From positions 1 to 64,000 of IMG/VR virus record IMGVR_UViG_3300032296_003714: a DNA stretch of 64,000 nt. One strand, given 5' to 3'. This DNA comes from a virus. The translations under genes and the position numbers were made by a program. The notes beneath the pieces are model-generated. The model did not search any database and was not told the DNA's origin. It saw nothing but the letters and a program-made list of their open reading frames with translations. Positions 9,612-19,369 of the stretch are shown here, one piece after another (within the stretch, counting starts at the first letter, position 1; each line of letters begins with the position of its first letter).

Positions 9612-9735
9612 TTTTTTTTAATATAATTATTGATAGATTTTAGTTTATCAGTCCCCAGTCTAAATGACTGTAGAGTATTCACGGATACAAAGGTATTGGT
9701 AACATAGTCATTAACTATTATAAAATTAAAAAAAA

Positions 9736-10533
9736 ATGAATTACGCAACACAGGTGGGCAATCCGACTGCGCACATCACAAAGAAAAAGTCACGTCTAAA
9801 GGTCTATAACGGACACATTGTCTTTCTTAATGATAAAGACAACTTTGAATTTGAAATACATAATCCAAAACAAAAATCGGTACTCGTAAAAATCAAACTT
9901 AATGGTGAATATATTTCCAATAGTGGGGTTGTATTAAAACCAGGTCAGAGAGTGTTTTTGGAACGATTCCTCGACACTAATAACAAGTTTGAGTTCAGTA
10001 CCTACGAAGTTAAAAATACCCCCCAAAATAGGTCTGCAATTGATTTGAATGGAGATGTGTTGGTTGAGTTCTATGATGAATATGTAGTTACAACAACCAA
10101 CAACATTTTACTTGGAAATTGGGGTACTGGGTTGACGACAATAAACACAAATTCACCATATTATTATGGCGCAACATTTACCACAAATGGTCTAGGGACA
10201 TCTACTTTTACAACAACAAACGCTAATGTGAGTTATACATCTCCATTATCTTCAAAATATGATAAAAGGGACAAACCCGCAAGAAATCTTAAAAAGATGT
10301 CTAATCAGACATTAGAAACAGGTAGAGTTGAGAAGGGAGGTGAATCAGAACAAACATTCACAAATTCCTATCAAAACTTTAGCCATCTAACTTGTCACAC
10401 GGTAAAATTTAAAATAATGCCGTTATCCACTAAAAACAAAAATGTCGAAGAAATTAGACAGTATTGTACTGAATGCGGTACAAAGGTAAAAAAGAATTAT
10501 AAGTTCTGTCCTTCGTGTGGAAATAAAATCTAA
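9736..10533 (+). CDS. Hypothetical protein with C-terminal zinc ribbon
   Basis: CTECG...CPSCG at C-terminus; Thr/Asn-rich linker. Confidence 0.75.
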   Translation: MNYATQVGNPTAHITKKKSRLKVYNGHIVFLNDKDNFEFEIHNPKQKSVLVKIKLNGEYISNSGVVLKPGQRVFLERFLDTNNKFEFSTYEVKNTPQNRSAIDLNGDVLVEFYDEYVVTTTNNILLGNWGTGLTTINTNSPYYYGATFTTNGLGTSTFTTTNANVSYTSPLSSKYDKRDKPARNLKKMSNQTLETGRVEKGGESEQTFTNSYQNFSHLTCHTVKFKIMPLSTKNKNVEEIRQYCTECGTKVKKNYKFCPSCGNKI

Positions 10534-10745
10534 GAAAAAAGGGTCCCGTGAGACCCTTTTTTTATTTTACAATACTTAGAATTATAACCAAAATATAGAC
10601 ATCGTAATAATTTCAACTCTTGTCTTTTAGGTTCAAAAAAATCATCACCTCTAGGTTTATGACCTTCGAATATTAATTTGGTGTTTTCACTTTCCAGTTG
10701 AATTATCCTCGACATTATCTGTTCCTTGTCTTGTTGTGTCATCAT
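10530..10745 (-). CDS. Hypothetical protein
   Basis: 71-aa ORF; overlaps the upstream gene and its 3' end runs through the terminator. Confidence 0.45.
   Translation of the reverse strand: MMTQQDKEQIMSRIIQLESENTKLIFEGHKPRGDDFFEPKRQELKLLRCLYFGYNSKYCKIKKGSHGTLFS
10535..10563. terminator. Bidirectional rho-independent terminator
   Basis: AAAAAAGGGTC-N6-GACCCTTTTTTT between convergent genes. Confidence 0.8.
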
Positions 10746-10962
10746 AAGAATATATTTCTTTATTAAGTATTCTCAAACATTTAGAAATTATTTCAGATTC
10801 AGTTAAACTGAAAATATTTTTTGAGTGAGCCATTGAAATGGCTTGAGACAAAATAAATAAGGAATTATTCAACTCCAAATTGTCAATAATCTGTTCTACG
10901 GATTCTTCCGAATAGTAAGCCATAGTTTCGAATAAGAACCCTAAAGGTTGTTTGCTTTCCAT
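10687..10962 (-). CDS. Hypothetical protein
   Basis: 91-aa ORF with ATG. Confidence 0.6.
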   Translation of the reverse strand: MESKQPLGFLFETMAYYSEESVEQIIDNLELNNSLFILSQAISMAHSKNIFSLTESEIISKCLRILNKEIYSYDDTTRQGTDNVEDNSTGK

Positions 10963-10975
10963 ATATTTATATTAT

Positions 10976-11695
10976 ATGAATAAAAAGCATATTAGTGAAG
11001 CAACTGGGTCATCGAGTTCAGGGAAATTTAAGGTTCCAATAGTTTTGGCACCGGAGTTATGGAAAGAAGACCAACTTGCCCCTTTTACAAATTCAGTTTC
11101 TCACTATTTAAATGCTGAGTTAGCCTATGAAGAAATGGATGGTGATTTTAAAGAAACACCACAAGAGAGGACTAAAATAGAAAATAAAACAAAAAAAATA
11201 TCAAAATTGGACCAATATCTAAAACAATTTTATACAGGACAAAATGATGAGGATGGTGCAAATATTGCCGACATCCAATCACCAACAGACATTATTAAAA
11301 AAGCGGTTGGTCCGATAAAAGAAGAAAAATCTTTTTTGAATGAAGATTTAGCAGTTTGGTTCGGAACCAAGAAAAAACCTAAAGGTAGTAAACAACCCGC
11401 AGGTCCTTGGGTTAATATATGTAGAAAAAAAGAAGGTGGTGGTCATCCTCCTTGTGGTAGGTCGGAAGCTAAAAATAGTGCATACCCTAAATGTAGGGCA
11501 AGAAGTGTTGCATCAAGAATGACAGACTCACAAAAGAAATCTGCTTGTGCACAAAAAAGAAGAGAAGAAAAAACCAATCCGAAAACAGGTACTGGAAACA
11601 AACCTAAAATGGTATCATACAAACCAAGAAAAACAGAGTCTGTTGATAACTTAATTAAACAAATAATTAAAGAACACTTATCTAATAGAATCTAA
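10976..11695 (+). CDS. Putative head-packaged protein with DUF5872-like C-terminal half
   Basis: DLAVWF...WVNI...PCGR...YPKCR motif; ATG 5 nt after TATTTAT. Confidence 0.6.
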   Translation: MNKKHISEATGSSSSGKFKVPIVLAPELWKEDQLAPFTNSVSHYLNAELAYEEMDGDFKETPQERTKIENKTKKISKLDQYLKQFYTGQNDEDGANIADIQSPTDIIKKAVGPIKEEKSFLNEDLAVWFGTKKKPKGSKQPAGPWVNICRKKEGGGHPPCGRSEAKNSAYPKCRARSVASRMTDSQKKSACAQKRREEKTNPKTGTGNKPKMVSYKPRKTESVDNLIKQIIKEHLSNRI

Positions 11696-12088
11696 AATAT
11701 TTTTTAGAGAACTTTGAATATTAGACCTAAATTCTGTCTCTAAAGAAAGTCTAATAGAATCTAATTTATTATCAAAATTAGATAATATTTCTTGATAGGA
11801 ATCATCATCTTCTATAACTAAAGTGTAACTGTATATGTGATTGATAATATTGATAACTCTATTTTCTATCATGATAAACATACTTAGTTCATCATTTTTT
11901 ATAAACCTTTTTTGTGATAAAGGAGCTAAGGTTAATACAGAATCTTCCCTTTCAATTAACTTTTTTGTTATCTCAACACAGAATTTTTCTTCTTCAGTGA
12001 TTGGAATTTTTGGGTCAAATTTATCTTTTAGATAAAGATAAACTCGGAACATTAATTTAGGTATGTATCCTACAACATTTGCTTTCAT
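11678..12088 (-). CDS. Hypothetical protein
   Basis: 136-aa ORF preceded by host-type promoter. Confidence 0.65.
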   Translation of the reverse strand: MKANVVGYIPKLMFRVYLYLKDKFDPKIPITEEEKFCVEITKKLIEREDSVLTLAPLSQKRFIKNDELSMFIMIENRVINIINHIYSYTLVIEDDDSYQEILSNFDNKLDSIRLSLETEFRSNIQSSLKNILDSIR

Positions 12089-12092
12089 GGTG

Positions 12093-12122
12093 CAAATATA
12101 GTAATTTATATTGTTTTAACAA
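12093..12122 (-). promoter_or_regulatory. Bacteroidota-type promoter (TTG-N19-TATATTTG), probably leaderless
   Basis: TATATTTGCACC-ATG on minus strand; TTG 19 nt upstream. Confidence 0.7.
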
Positions 12123-12889
12123 TAAGACCCTGAGCAATGTTTTTTTCCGTCCAAACCTGGCATTTTACCCTTACAAACTTGAACCGCATATCCATTTGCA
12201 TATGCTGAAGGATATACTTTAAACTTTGATTTAGCGGCCGCTTTTCCTCTCGAACATAATTTTGTACCAGATTTTTTAGCCCCTTCATTGATATCTTCAT
12301 AATCAATATATGACTTCATTTTTCTTGTCTCATTCATAAGGAAATCAAAAACTTGGTCCATATTGGTCTTTGCCTCACTAACATGGTCATCAGCCCAATC
12401 ATGACCATTTTGAATAATTTCATCAACCATTCCTGGGTCAAGTTCCAAAAGCATATCTAGTTGTCTTCTCATCTGTTCTAAATTTGAGAAAAACATATAA
12501 TTTTCTTCTCTCTGTTCTTCCAAAACTTTTCTAACTAAATTATTCAAATCTGACTCAGTCAATTTTACAATTTTTTTCATTTTTTCTTCTTTAACTAATT
12601 TTAATTTATATTCATTACCCTTTTGGTCTTTTAAATTAATTTCCTTCTCTCCAATTTTTTTGGTAATTTTTTCAACAGCATCTTGAGGAATTATTTCGGT
12701 TTGTGTTTTGATAAAATTTCCTGCGGTAATTTCCCAATTATCTTTCGAAGGGATAAGCTTTTTTATATTAATTGGCATCCAAAATTCACCCATCTTATAA
12801 TTTAGTTCATACTTACGACTGTTAAGTATAACATTTCCTTTAGATAGTTTGACATCCAATTTCTGTTCTTGTATGTTTCTTTTTATCAT
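12116..12889 (-). CDS. Modular putative head protein with DUF5872-like N-half motif at its C-terminus
   Basis: KKIVKLTESDL..LV.KVLEEQ linker; AAAKSKFKVYPSAYANGYAV motif. Confidence 0.6.
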   Translation of the reverse strand: MIKRNIQEQKLDVKLSKGNVILNSRKYELNYKMGEFWMPINIKKLIPSKDNWEITAGNFIKTQTEIIPQDAVEKITKKIGEKEINLKDQKGNEYKLKLVKEEKMKKIVKLTESDLNNLVRKVLEEQREENYMFFSNLEQMRRQLDMLLELDPGMVDEIIQNGHDWADDHVSEAKTNMDQVFDFLMNETRKMKSYIDYEDINEGAKKSGTKLCSRGKAAAKSKFKVYPSAYANGYAVQVCKGKMPGLDGKKHCSGSYC

Positions 12890-14388
12890 TTTTTGTTAAC
12901 TATTTCAAAAGTTAATTGTTTTTTATAAGTATCAACCTCTCCGCTAATGTTTACTTTAATGTCCACATAATACTCATTTGGTATTTTGTCTCTAGTATCA
13001 AAAATGAAATAATATTCATTTGGGGTTCTGTTGATTTTAGTCCAATCCTGAACTTGAACTTCTGTATTACCTTCTCTAACATATATTCTATAGAAAGCGT
13101 CAATATTTTGTAACAATTGCTGAGTTGTGTATGCCTTTTTAATTGTAACTCCAACCTTTCTAATATCTGTATTAAGTATTTTTTCATTTTGTAAAATACC
13201 ATAAAAATCAAAACCAAATTTTTCAGGTTCTCTTGTTAATGAACCAATTTGTATTTTACTTGAGTAATTTTTAAGTATGAATTGATTTGTGATATTAGGT
13301 ATGGATTGTCCATTGATTGTTAATCCTGACCAAATATCAAAAAATTCGCAAGGAGATGTATAACCCGTAAATCCATTGGGAACCACAACTTCATAAACCC
13401 CCTTTGTTTTTAAACAAGTACTTAATGAACTCATTCCTGGTACTAAACCACCCGCTCTATCTTCAATTCTAACATATGGTGTAGAATCTAAATTAACAGG
13501 TACTCCATTCTCAAAAACATACAAATACAATTTATTTATCTGATTTTTAACAAAATTATTTCTGTCATCTAAAATTAAATCATCATAATCGGTTAACAGA
13601 TATGGTTGATAGTATGTTTGTGTATGACGAGTGAAAAACCCAACAGAATAAGAATCAGTTAGTCCTGTAACGTTTTCCATATCTGGTTTATACGCAACAC
13701 CCCATCCGGTCACACCTGTGATAGTACCTAAAATAATACCATTAATCTCATCGGTCATATCAAAATTGATATCTTCATTACCGAATTGAAAATGTTGTGT
13801 ATCAACAATAGTCAATGCAGAATAGTTAACTAAACCTTCGTTCTTGTTGTTGTATATTCCATTTTCTGACCAACCAGATAAGTTTGTATTTTTATACCAA
13901 TTTGATGGTCTTGTTGAATAAGACCTATCATCTACATATGTTATTGGATATAAACCACCGTTTATACCGTTTTGATTGTTATTTGTTTCTATAAAATCGT
14001 ATCCAACACCTTCATCCCATAATTGAGGTAAACCTGTATTCCCTGACATTTTTGGTATTCTGAACAAAATCAAATCGAAAGAAGATGCTCTTCTTCTCCC
14101 GTCAGACATTTCAGTATTTAGAAGTTCTTGTTCAAATGATGATGTATTCGTCATTTGAAGTGTGTGAGTCATAGCTGAAGTACAACCGGTGGAAATATCA
14201 CCCGATTCTAACTTCTCTCTCAGTAAATCTAAATCTAAATCGAATATAAATCTTGTATATCCGTAATTCGGAACTACCCATCCCGAAGAACCAAAATTTA
14301 ATTGCGTAACAGGATTTCTACCTGTATTAGCATAAGAGTTGGAAATGATTGTGTTATTTTTGTTAATATATGACCTTAATAATGACAT
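12886..14388 (-). CDS. Putative baseplate/virion structural protein
   Basis: 500 aa, beta-rich, next to spike gene, TATTTAT promoter, multiple [ST]GxT motifs. Confidence 0.6.
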   Translation of the reverse strand: MSLLRSYINKNNTIISNSYANTGRNPVTQLNFGSSGWVVPNYGYTRFIFDLDLDLLREKLESGDISTGCTSAMTHTLQMTNTSSFEQELLNTEMSDGRRRASSFDLILFRIPKMSGNTGLPQLWDEGVGYDFIETNNNQNGINGGLYPITYVDDRSYSTRPSNWYKNTNLSGWSENGIYNNKNEGLVNYSALTIVDTQHFQFGNEDINFDMTDEINGIILGTITGVTGWGVAYKPDMENVTGLTDSYSVGFFTRHTQTYYQPYLLTDYDDLILDDRNNFVKNQINKLYLYVFENGVPVNLDSTPYVRIEDRAGGLVPGMSSLSTCLKTKGVYEVVVPNGFTGYTSPCEFFDIWSGLTINGQSIPNITNQFILKNYSSKIQIGSLTREPEKFGFDFYGILQNEKILNTDIRKVGVTIKKAYTTQQLLQNIDAFYRIYVREGNTEVQVQDWTKINRTPNEYYFIFDTRDKIPNEYYVDIKVNISGEVDTYKKQLTFEIVNKK

Positions 14389-14406
14389 TATCTTTTAACA
14401 TAAATA

Positions 14407-15927
14407 TCAATTCAATCGTATATTCTCATTCAATATTTTGTTTGCAGCATTTTGTAGCTCGGTCAATATCTGTGTAGAGGTTGACCCATCATAACCAACA
14501 GGTAATGGAGGGAGTCCAGGAAAGGCGTGTGTATGAGTAATTAGGTATCTAACTATAAGATTTATTAACTCCATCAATTCTTCACCTCTAACTAAACTTG
14601 AAGTTTTTGGTAATATTTCAGTAACATATTTTGCGTCAGAAATGCCATAAGCGGTATCACTAAAATTAATTGGCTCCAAACCAAATTTATTTGATTGTTG
14701 AGAAAGTAGGAATAACTTATCTCCACCAAGACTTGCATAAGTCACGGGGTTGTCTTTATAATCATATACATTCCCTTTTGTTTTTTTGATTGAAATTGGA
14801 ACACCTACTTTGTTTTGTGTGTATATTAAACCATATCCAGCATTTGTGGCGGTATTGTTTAACTTAACTTCACTATAAATTGCTGAAGCATTTTTCTGTG
14901 AAATAGTACCTGTGTTTGAAGTTGCAGTAATAACATCATAAAATGAAGGCGAAGGTCTATAAAAAATTGGAAATTTTTGTGATGACGAGAAAATTTCTCT
15001 TCCATCTATACTATTTTTAGAATTAAATCTGTTAATTGTTGTATTAATAAAATTTATAGTATCGGACATTGGAAGGGCTCTGAACTCCTCAATCAAAATT
15101 AATGATTTTAAATCATCAATATTAGAATCGACTTTCAAATTTTTAGAGTTAACTCTACTATCAGGTTTCAATTTATAAAGATAAACATAACCACTGAATG
15201 CGTTTTGGCCGGTTTGAGGGTTTATATCATTTTCAGGGTTTATAACCACATATTCAATCAAGTAGTTGGATAATACAACACTTTCAAATATTTCTGAAAA
15301 AACTTTTTGAGCCTTCAAAACTCTATTACCATCAAATTTTGTGAGTTGTAAAAAAGCACCTTTGTTGTTTACAACAGGTGGTATATTTGGTTGAAAATTA
15401 CCTTTTATTTTATTGGCTCTTATTAAAACACCATTTTCCTTAACAATTACATCCGCGTTTCCTCTACCCAATATTGCATTGTCTCCAGGTTCAGGAAAAA
15501 CACCTTTTGTTGCGGTATTAGGATATGTACCATCTTGATTTTTAACAGGTATAGGGTCAGTGTATTGTACACCTATGCCTGTGAATTTTTGAGAACCGAC
15601 GTAGTATTCAAAAGGAGCCCTGTTAGGACTTGAAAACATTGCCTGAACATAAAACTGATTCCTATATTTGAACTCATTATTGTAATATAAAACATTTATC
15701 AACTCCTCTATTTTTGGAACTTGATAAATGAAAAAAGGTAAAAGTGGGTTAAAAATAAAGGGGTCTCTAGCCGTCCAAGCATCTTTTTCTTCGTTGAAGG
15801 GTGGATTTCTAATACTCTTTACAACATCGGCATATTTGTCAGATAATAATTTTGCTCTGACCCTTCCCAACATTAAGGGGTCTTGATTATCTAAAACAAC
15901 ACACTGATATAAAAGTTGATTACTCAT
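14407..15927 (-). CDS. Baseplate central spike (gp5/gpV/VgrG-like)
   Basis: N-terminal OB-fold signature VVLDNQDPLMLGRVR and C-terminal HTH (H-x-H) metal-binding tip motif. Confidence 0.75.
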   Translation of the reverse strand: MSNQLLYQCVVLDNQDPLMLGRVRAKLLSDKYADVVKSIRNPPFNEEKDAWTARDPFIFNPLLPFFIYQVPKIEELINVLYYNNEFKYRNQFYVQAMFSSPNRAPFEYYVGSQKFTGIGVQYTDPIPVKNQDGTYPNTATKGVFPEPGDNAILGRGNADVIVKENGVLIRANKIKGNFQPNIPPVVNNKGAFLQLTKFDGNRVLKAQKVFSEIFESVVLSNYLIEYVVINPENDINPQTGQNAFSGYVYLYKLKPDSRVNSKNLKVDSNIDDLKSLILIEEFRALPMSDTINFINTTINRFNSKNSIDGREIFSSSQKFPIFYRPSPSFYDVITATSNTGTISQKNASAIYSEVKLNNTATNAGYGLIYTQNKVGVPISIKKTKGNVYDYKDNPVTYASLGGDKLFLLSQQSNKFGLEPINFSDTAYGISDAKYVTEILPKTSSLVRGEELMELINLIVRYLITHTHAFPGLPPLPVGYDGSTSTQILTELQNAANKILNENIRLN

Positions 15928-16129
15928 TATTTCTTGATTGATATTCTTTTAACATAGAATTATATAGCTCTTCTAACTTATCTAAATAATACGACATGTT
16001 TATTAAATTTGATTTAGTCGTTTCAAAATCTTCCGTAATAATATCCATATATTCTATCAGTTTAGAATTCGGAATATTTTTTATGTTTTTTTGCTCGGCC
16101 AATATACTGTCAAAATTTTCTTTAGTCAT
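15920..16129 (-). CDS. Hypothetical coiled-coil protein
   Basis: ATG at 16129 coupled to upstream stop; heptad pattern. Confidence 0.6.
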   Translation of the reverse strand: MTKENFDSILAEQKNIKNIPNSKLIEYMDIITEDFETTKSNLINMSYYLDKLEELYNSMLKEYQSRNNE

Positions 16130-16130
16130 A

Positions 16131-18236
16131 TTAAATCTTTTTACCAACTGTTGATATCAATCCGAAAGGTGGTGGTAATTTTACCGCAGTTTCTACTTTA
16201 CCGTTTTCAGATTCTTCGGCATCAATACCTGTAATTAAGGATTTTACGAATAAATTCATTAAATTAACTTCTCCACCAGGCAGTGCTCCTGTAGGTATTC
16301 CAAGTTTTTGAAGTTGTTGTATTGTATTTAAAGTTGCCCTTTCAGGTGAAAATCCAGGTAGTAAAAATGCCAATAGATTTAAAAATGCAGGTATTCTAAA
16401 TACGGAATTACCTTTATATGAACTTATTAAATTCAGTAACAAACTTATTTCATCTAACAATGATTTACATCTCCTATAATCACCAACAAACCTTGCAACA
16501 ACATAACCTAATTGAACTAATTTCAAAATTATCGCATATTGTTTAGCGGTTTGTGTTTTTTGAATATCTCTAATTATTACTGTTAATAAATTAAAAATTT
16601 CTCTTTTTAGTAAGTCAAATAAAGTTTTTATAAAAATTGCACCAATTTTTGTTACAAAAGAAATTATAAAACTTTTATATTTTTTTATAAATTGAATTGA
16701 ATCAGAAACAACATTATTAACCTCCTGACCAAATGTTGTACCTGACTGTAAAAAAGTATTTGCAGAACTTATTATTGTATTTGCCGATGAAGTTAATTTG
16801 TCCAATTGATTTACCGCACCTCTTTGTACTTCATTCAACATGACAAAAAGAGGTAATAAAGCTTTAGGACTTAAAACTGCGGATGCTAAAGCTATTGGTA
16901 AGTTTTTAATAAAATCTTTATTTATTGAAACTTCCAAAGCAGCACTATTTGGTACTAATAATTTCCATTTAGCAAATATTGACTCGACAATATCATCCAT
17001 TGAATTAACTAATTCATCATTAGTTTTTCCTGAGGTTTGTGTTGCAAAGTTTGCAATTTCATTAGCAATTCCATCCGCATCAACAGGAAGTTTAACATTA
17101 TCACAGTTTTCAAAAACCGCGACACCCTGTTGTATGTTGGATATTCTTATATCAATATTTCTTAAATCTACTTCATTGAATTCAAAAAAACTATCATCTA
17201 CTCCATCTAATTCTCCTATTTTAGAAATACCGCTTACATCTATCTCTCGTCTCTCATCAAAACACAAACCTAAAATTCTTTGAAGTAATAAAGCAAACTT
17301 ACTTTGTGTATCAAGTTCACCAACACCTATTTTAGCCTTAATCGATACGAATCCAATCATATAATTTATGACAACCGCCATAACCTGAGAAAAATCAACT
17401 AATTTGATTGTTGAATAATAATCTGTTATAAATTGACCAACCTGATTTATAGGGTATCCACCAGTAGTGTTAGTAGTATTTTCTCTATCCAATAAAAAGA
17501 CCCTAAAATAATTTCCTGTAACATCATAAGAATTTGATTCGGAGTAATTCAAATCAAACAAGTTTTTTCCTGATTTTCCAAAGTAATATTTACCATAATA
17601 ATCATTATATGTTTCGTTTGGAGATAAACTCATCCCTCTTAACATCCTGTTTACAGGGTACTTAATTTTACCACCATATGGTACAAATTTATCACTTGTT
17701 GATGGTATTTCATTTTCGTAAAAAAGTTTTCCTAAAACACTTGTAACATCCAATTTTAACATTCCTGTTAAATCAATACTTTCTAATGGTACATAGTTAC
17801 CAACAGTCTTAGGTAATAAACTTAGAGATGCGATTTGTAAGTTATTTGTTGAGACTGAATTATAGGTTTGTTCTTGTGAGCAACCTAAAGCCTTTATAAC
17901 TTCTTGTGTTAATATTTCGACTATTTTTGGTTCTATTGTTACTAAGGTTTGTAACAATAATCTTCTAAGATATTTGAAAGTTTCAGGCCCACTACCTTTT
18001 GTTGTGGTTAATAAATCAACCATTCTATCTAAAGAGTTTGGTGTTTCTCTTTGATATCTTTTTTGTTGTTCACTTATCTTATTTAGTTGGGAAGAAAGAT
18101 TATCTGCAACTTTACTGAAAGAACCACCACCTTTTTTTAATATTTGCTTTTCGGCATTAGAAGTTTCGTTGTAGTCCTTCAACGCTTTTATCGAACTTTC
18201 GATTTTTTGTTGTTGCTGATTTAAATCTACACCCAT
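16131..18236 (-). CDS. Hypothetical (probable virion) protein
   Basis: 701-aa ORF co-oriented with the spike operon. Confidence 0.65.
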   Translation of the reverse strand: MGVDLNQQQQKIESSIKALKDYNETSNAEKQILKKGGGSFSKVADNLSSQLNKISEQQKRYQRETPNSLDRMVDLLTTTKGSGPETFKYLRRLLLQTLVTIEPKIVEILTQEVIKALGCSQEQTYNSVSTNNLQIASLSLLPKTVGNYVPLESIDLTGMLKLDVTSVLGKLFYENEIPSTSDKFVPYGGKIKYPVNRMLRGMSLSPNETYNDYYGKYYFGKSGKNLFDLNYSESNSYDVTGNYFRVFLLDRENTTNTTGGYPINQVGQFITDYYSTIKLVDFSQVMAVVINYMIGFVSIKAKIGVGELDTQSKFALLLQRILGLCFDERREIDVSGISKIGELDGVDDSFFEFNEVDLRNIDIRISNIQQGVAVFENCDNVKLPVDADGIANEIANFATQTSGKTNDELVNSMDDIVESIFAKWKLLVPNSAALEVSINKDFIKNLPIALASAVLSPKALLPLFVMLNEVQRGAVNQLDKLTSSANTIISSANTFLQSGTTFGQEVNNVVSDSIQFIKKYKSFIISFVTKIGAIFIKTLFDLLKREIFNLLTVIIRDIQKTQTAKQYAIILKLVQLGYVVARFVGDYRRCKSLLDEISLLLNLISSYKGNSVFRIPAFLNLLAFLLPGFSPERATLNTIQQLQKLGIPTGALPGGEVNLMNLFVKSLITGIDAEESENGKVETAVKLPPPFGLISTVGKKI

Positions 18237-18241
18237 ATAAA

Positions 18242-18604
18242 TTAAATTTTATACGACTTCTCATCATTTGAAACATCTTTTTCTATAAGGTTTTGTAGTA
18301 AATCATCATCTAAATCCGCCATTGAAAATGATTCTGTTGAATTGTTTGACTTTTCCCAAATAGATGATTGCAGTTTTGACAAACTTATTTTTTTCTCGAC
18401 ACAGTCATTTATTATTTTTTGTTGTTTTTCTATGACAGGACCGATTGTTTGCATATCTTCAGGGTCTTTCATCATTGATAACATTTTATTTTGTATCCTG
18501 ATGGCAGTATTTCTCTGTTCGACAAGTTCGTTATAAATCTCTTGCATTAAAGCAAGGATACTCTCTTTAGAAAAATTTATTTCTTTTCGTTGTGGTCTTG
18601 GCAT
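18242..18604 (-). CDS. Hypothetical coiled-coil protein
   Basis: 120 aa; ATG 4 nt after TATTTAT. Confidence 0.65.
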   Translation of the reverse strand: MPRPQRKEINFSKESILALMQEIYNELVEQRNTAIRIQNKMLSMMKDPEDMQTIGPVIEKQQKIINDCVEKKISLSKLQSSIWEKSNNSTESFSMADLDDDLLQNLIEKDVSNDEKSYKI

Positions 18605-18619
18605 AACAATAAATAGTTT

Positions 18620-19369
18620 TTAATAGTTTTTTAATTTACTCTGAGTGAATATGTATAATTTTTTGAATTTTTTAATAGAAGTTCGAATTTCTTTAGTCGA
18701 TAAATTCGTCATTTCTCTCAAAGAAAGTAAAATAATATTCTTATTAAATTTATTATTATCGGTACTTGAAAAAATAGTTTCGTAGTTATCGAAAAGGTCT
18801 ACTAAAGCAAATCCTAATCTTTTTTCATTATCGTTGAGATTTTCTTTATCTATGAAATCTTTCAATTCCTTAGTATAAACTGAGATAACCACATCCATTC
18901 CCATAGTATCATCATCTATGGTGTAAATCATATCAGGTCTTTGTTCTAATGCTGAGGAAACATCTTCATATGATATCTTTCTGTTAGTTTCCTTTTGGTC
19001 TTTAATTATTTGGCCCATTAGATAATTCTTACAAATTGTACCGAAATACGAATACGCCTTTTTGTTTTTTGATGGTTTGAATTTATCCACTTTGGTCATC
19101 AAAAACGAATGAGTATCTGCATGGATTTCTTCAAAGTCCATGTCTTTTCTGTATAATTTGTACCTTCTAATGATAGATGAAATCATCTTATCTAAAGGAC
19201 CTCTCAAGAATTGATTATATATTTTGTTTTTTTCTTCAGATGTTGTTGCTATTAAAAAATTTCTAACAGCATCTTCTTCTCTAACGTCAAAATAGTTTTC
19301 TTTTTGAGCTTTTCTTCCTCTTTTTTTAGATGATACATCCTCTGTGATAGATGACAGAGTTATAGACAT
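18620..19369 (-). CDS. Late-transcription sigma factor (T4 gp55-like)
   Basis: NYF...KFKPSKNKKAYSYFGTICKNYLMGQIIKDQKE parallels gp55 region 2 (F.P.K..N.FAYFT.I...AF...I.KEK). Confidence 0.72.
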   Translation of the reverse strand: MSITLSSITEDVSSKKRGRKAQKENYFDVREEDAVRNFLIATTSEEKNKIYNQFLRGPLDKMISSIIRRYKLYRKDMDFEEIHADTHSFLMTKVDKFKPSKNKKAYSYFGTICKNYLMGQIIKDQKETNRKISYEDVSSALEQRPDMIYTIDDDTMGMDVVISVYTKELKDFIDKENLNDNEKRLGFALVDLFDNYETIFSSTDNNKFNKNIILLSLREMTNLSTKEIRTSIKKFKKLYIFTQSKLKNY

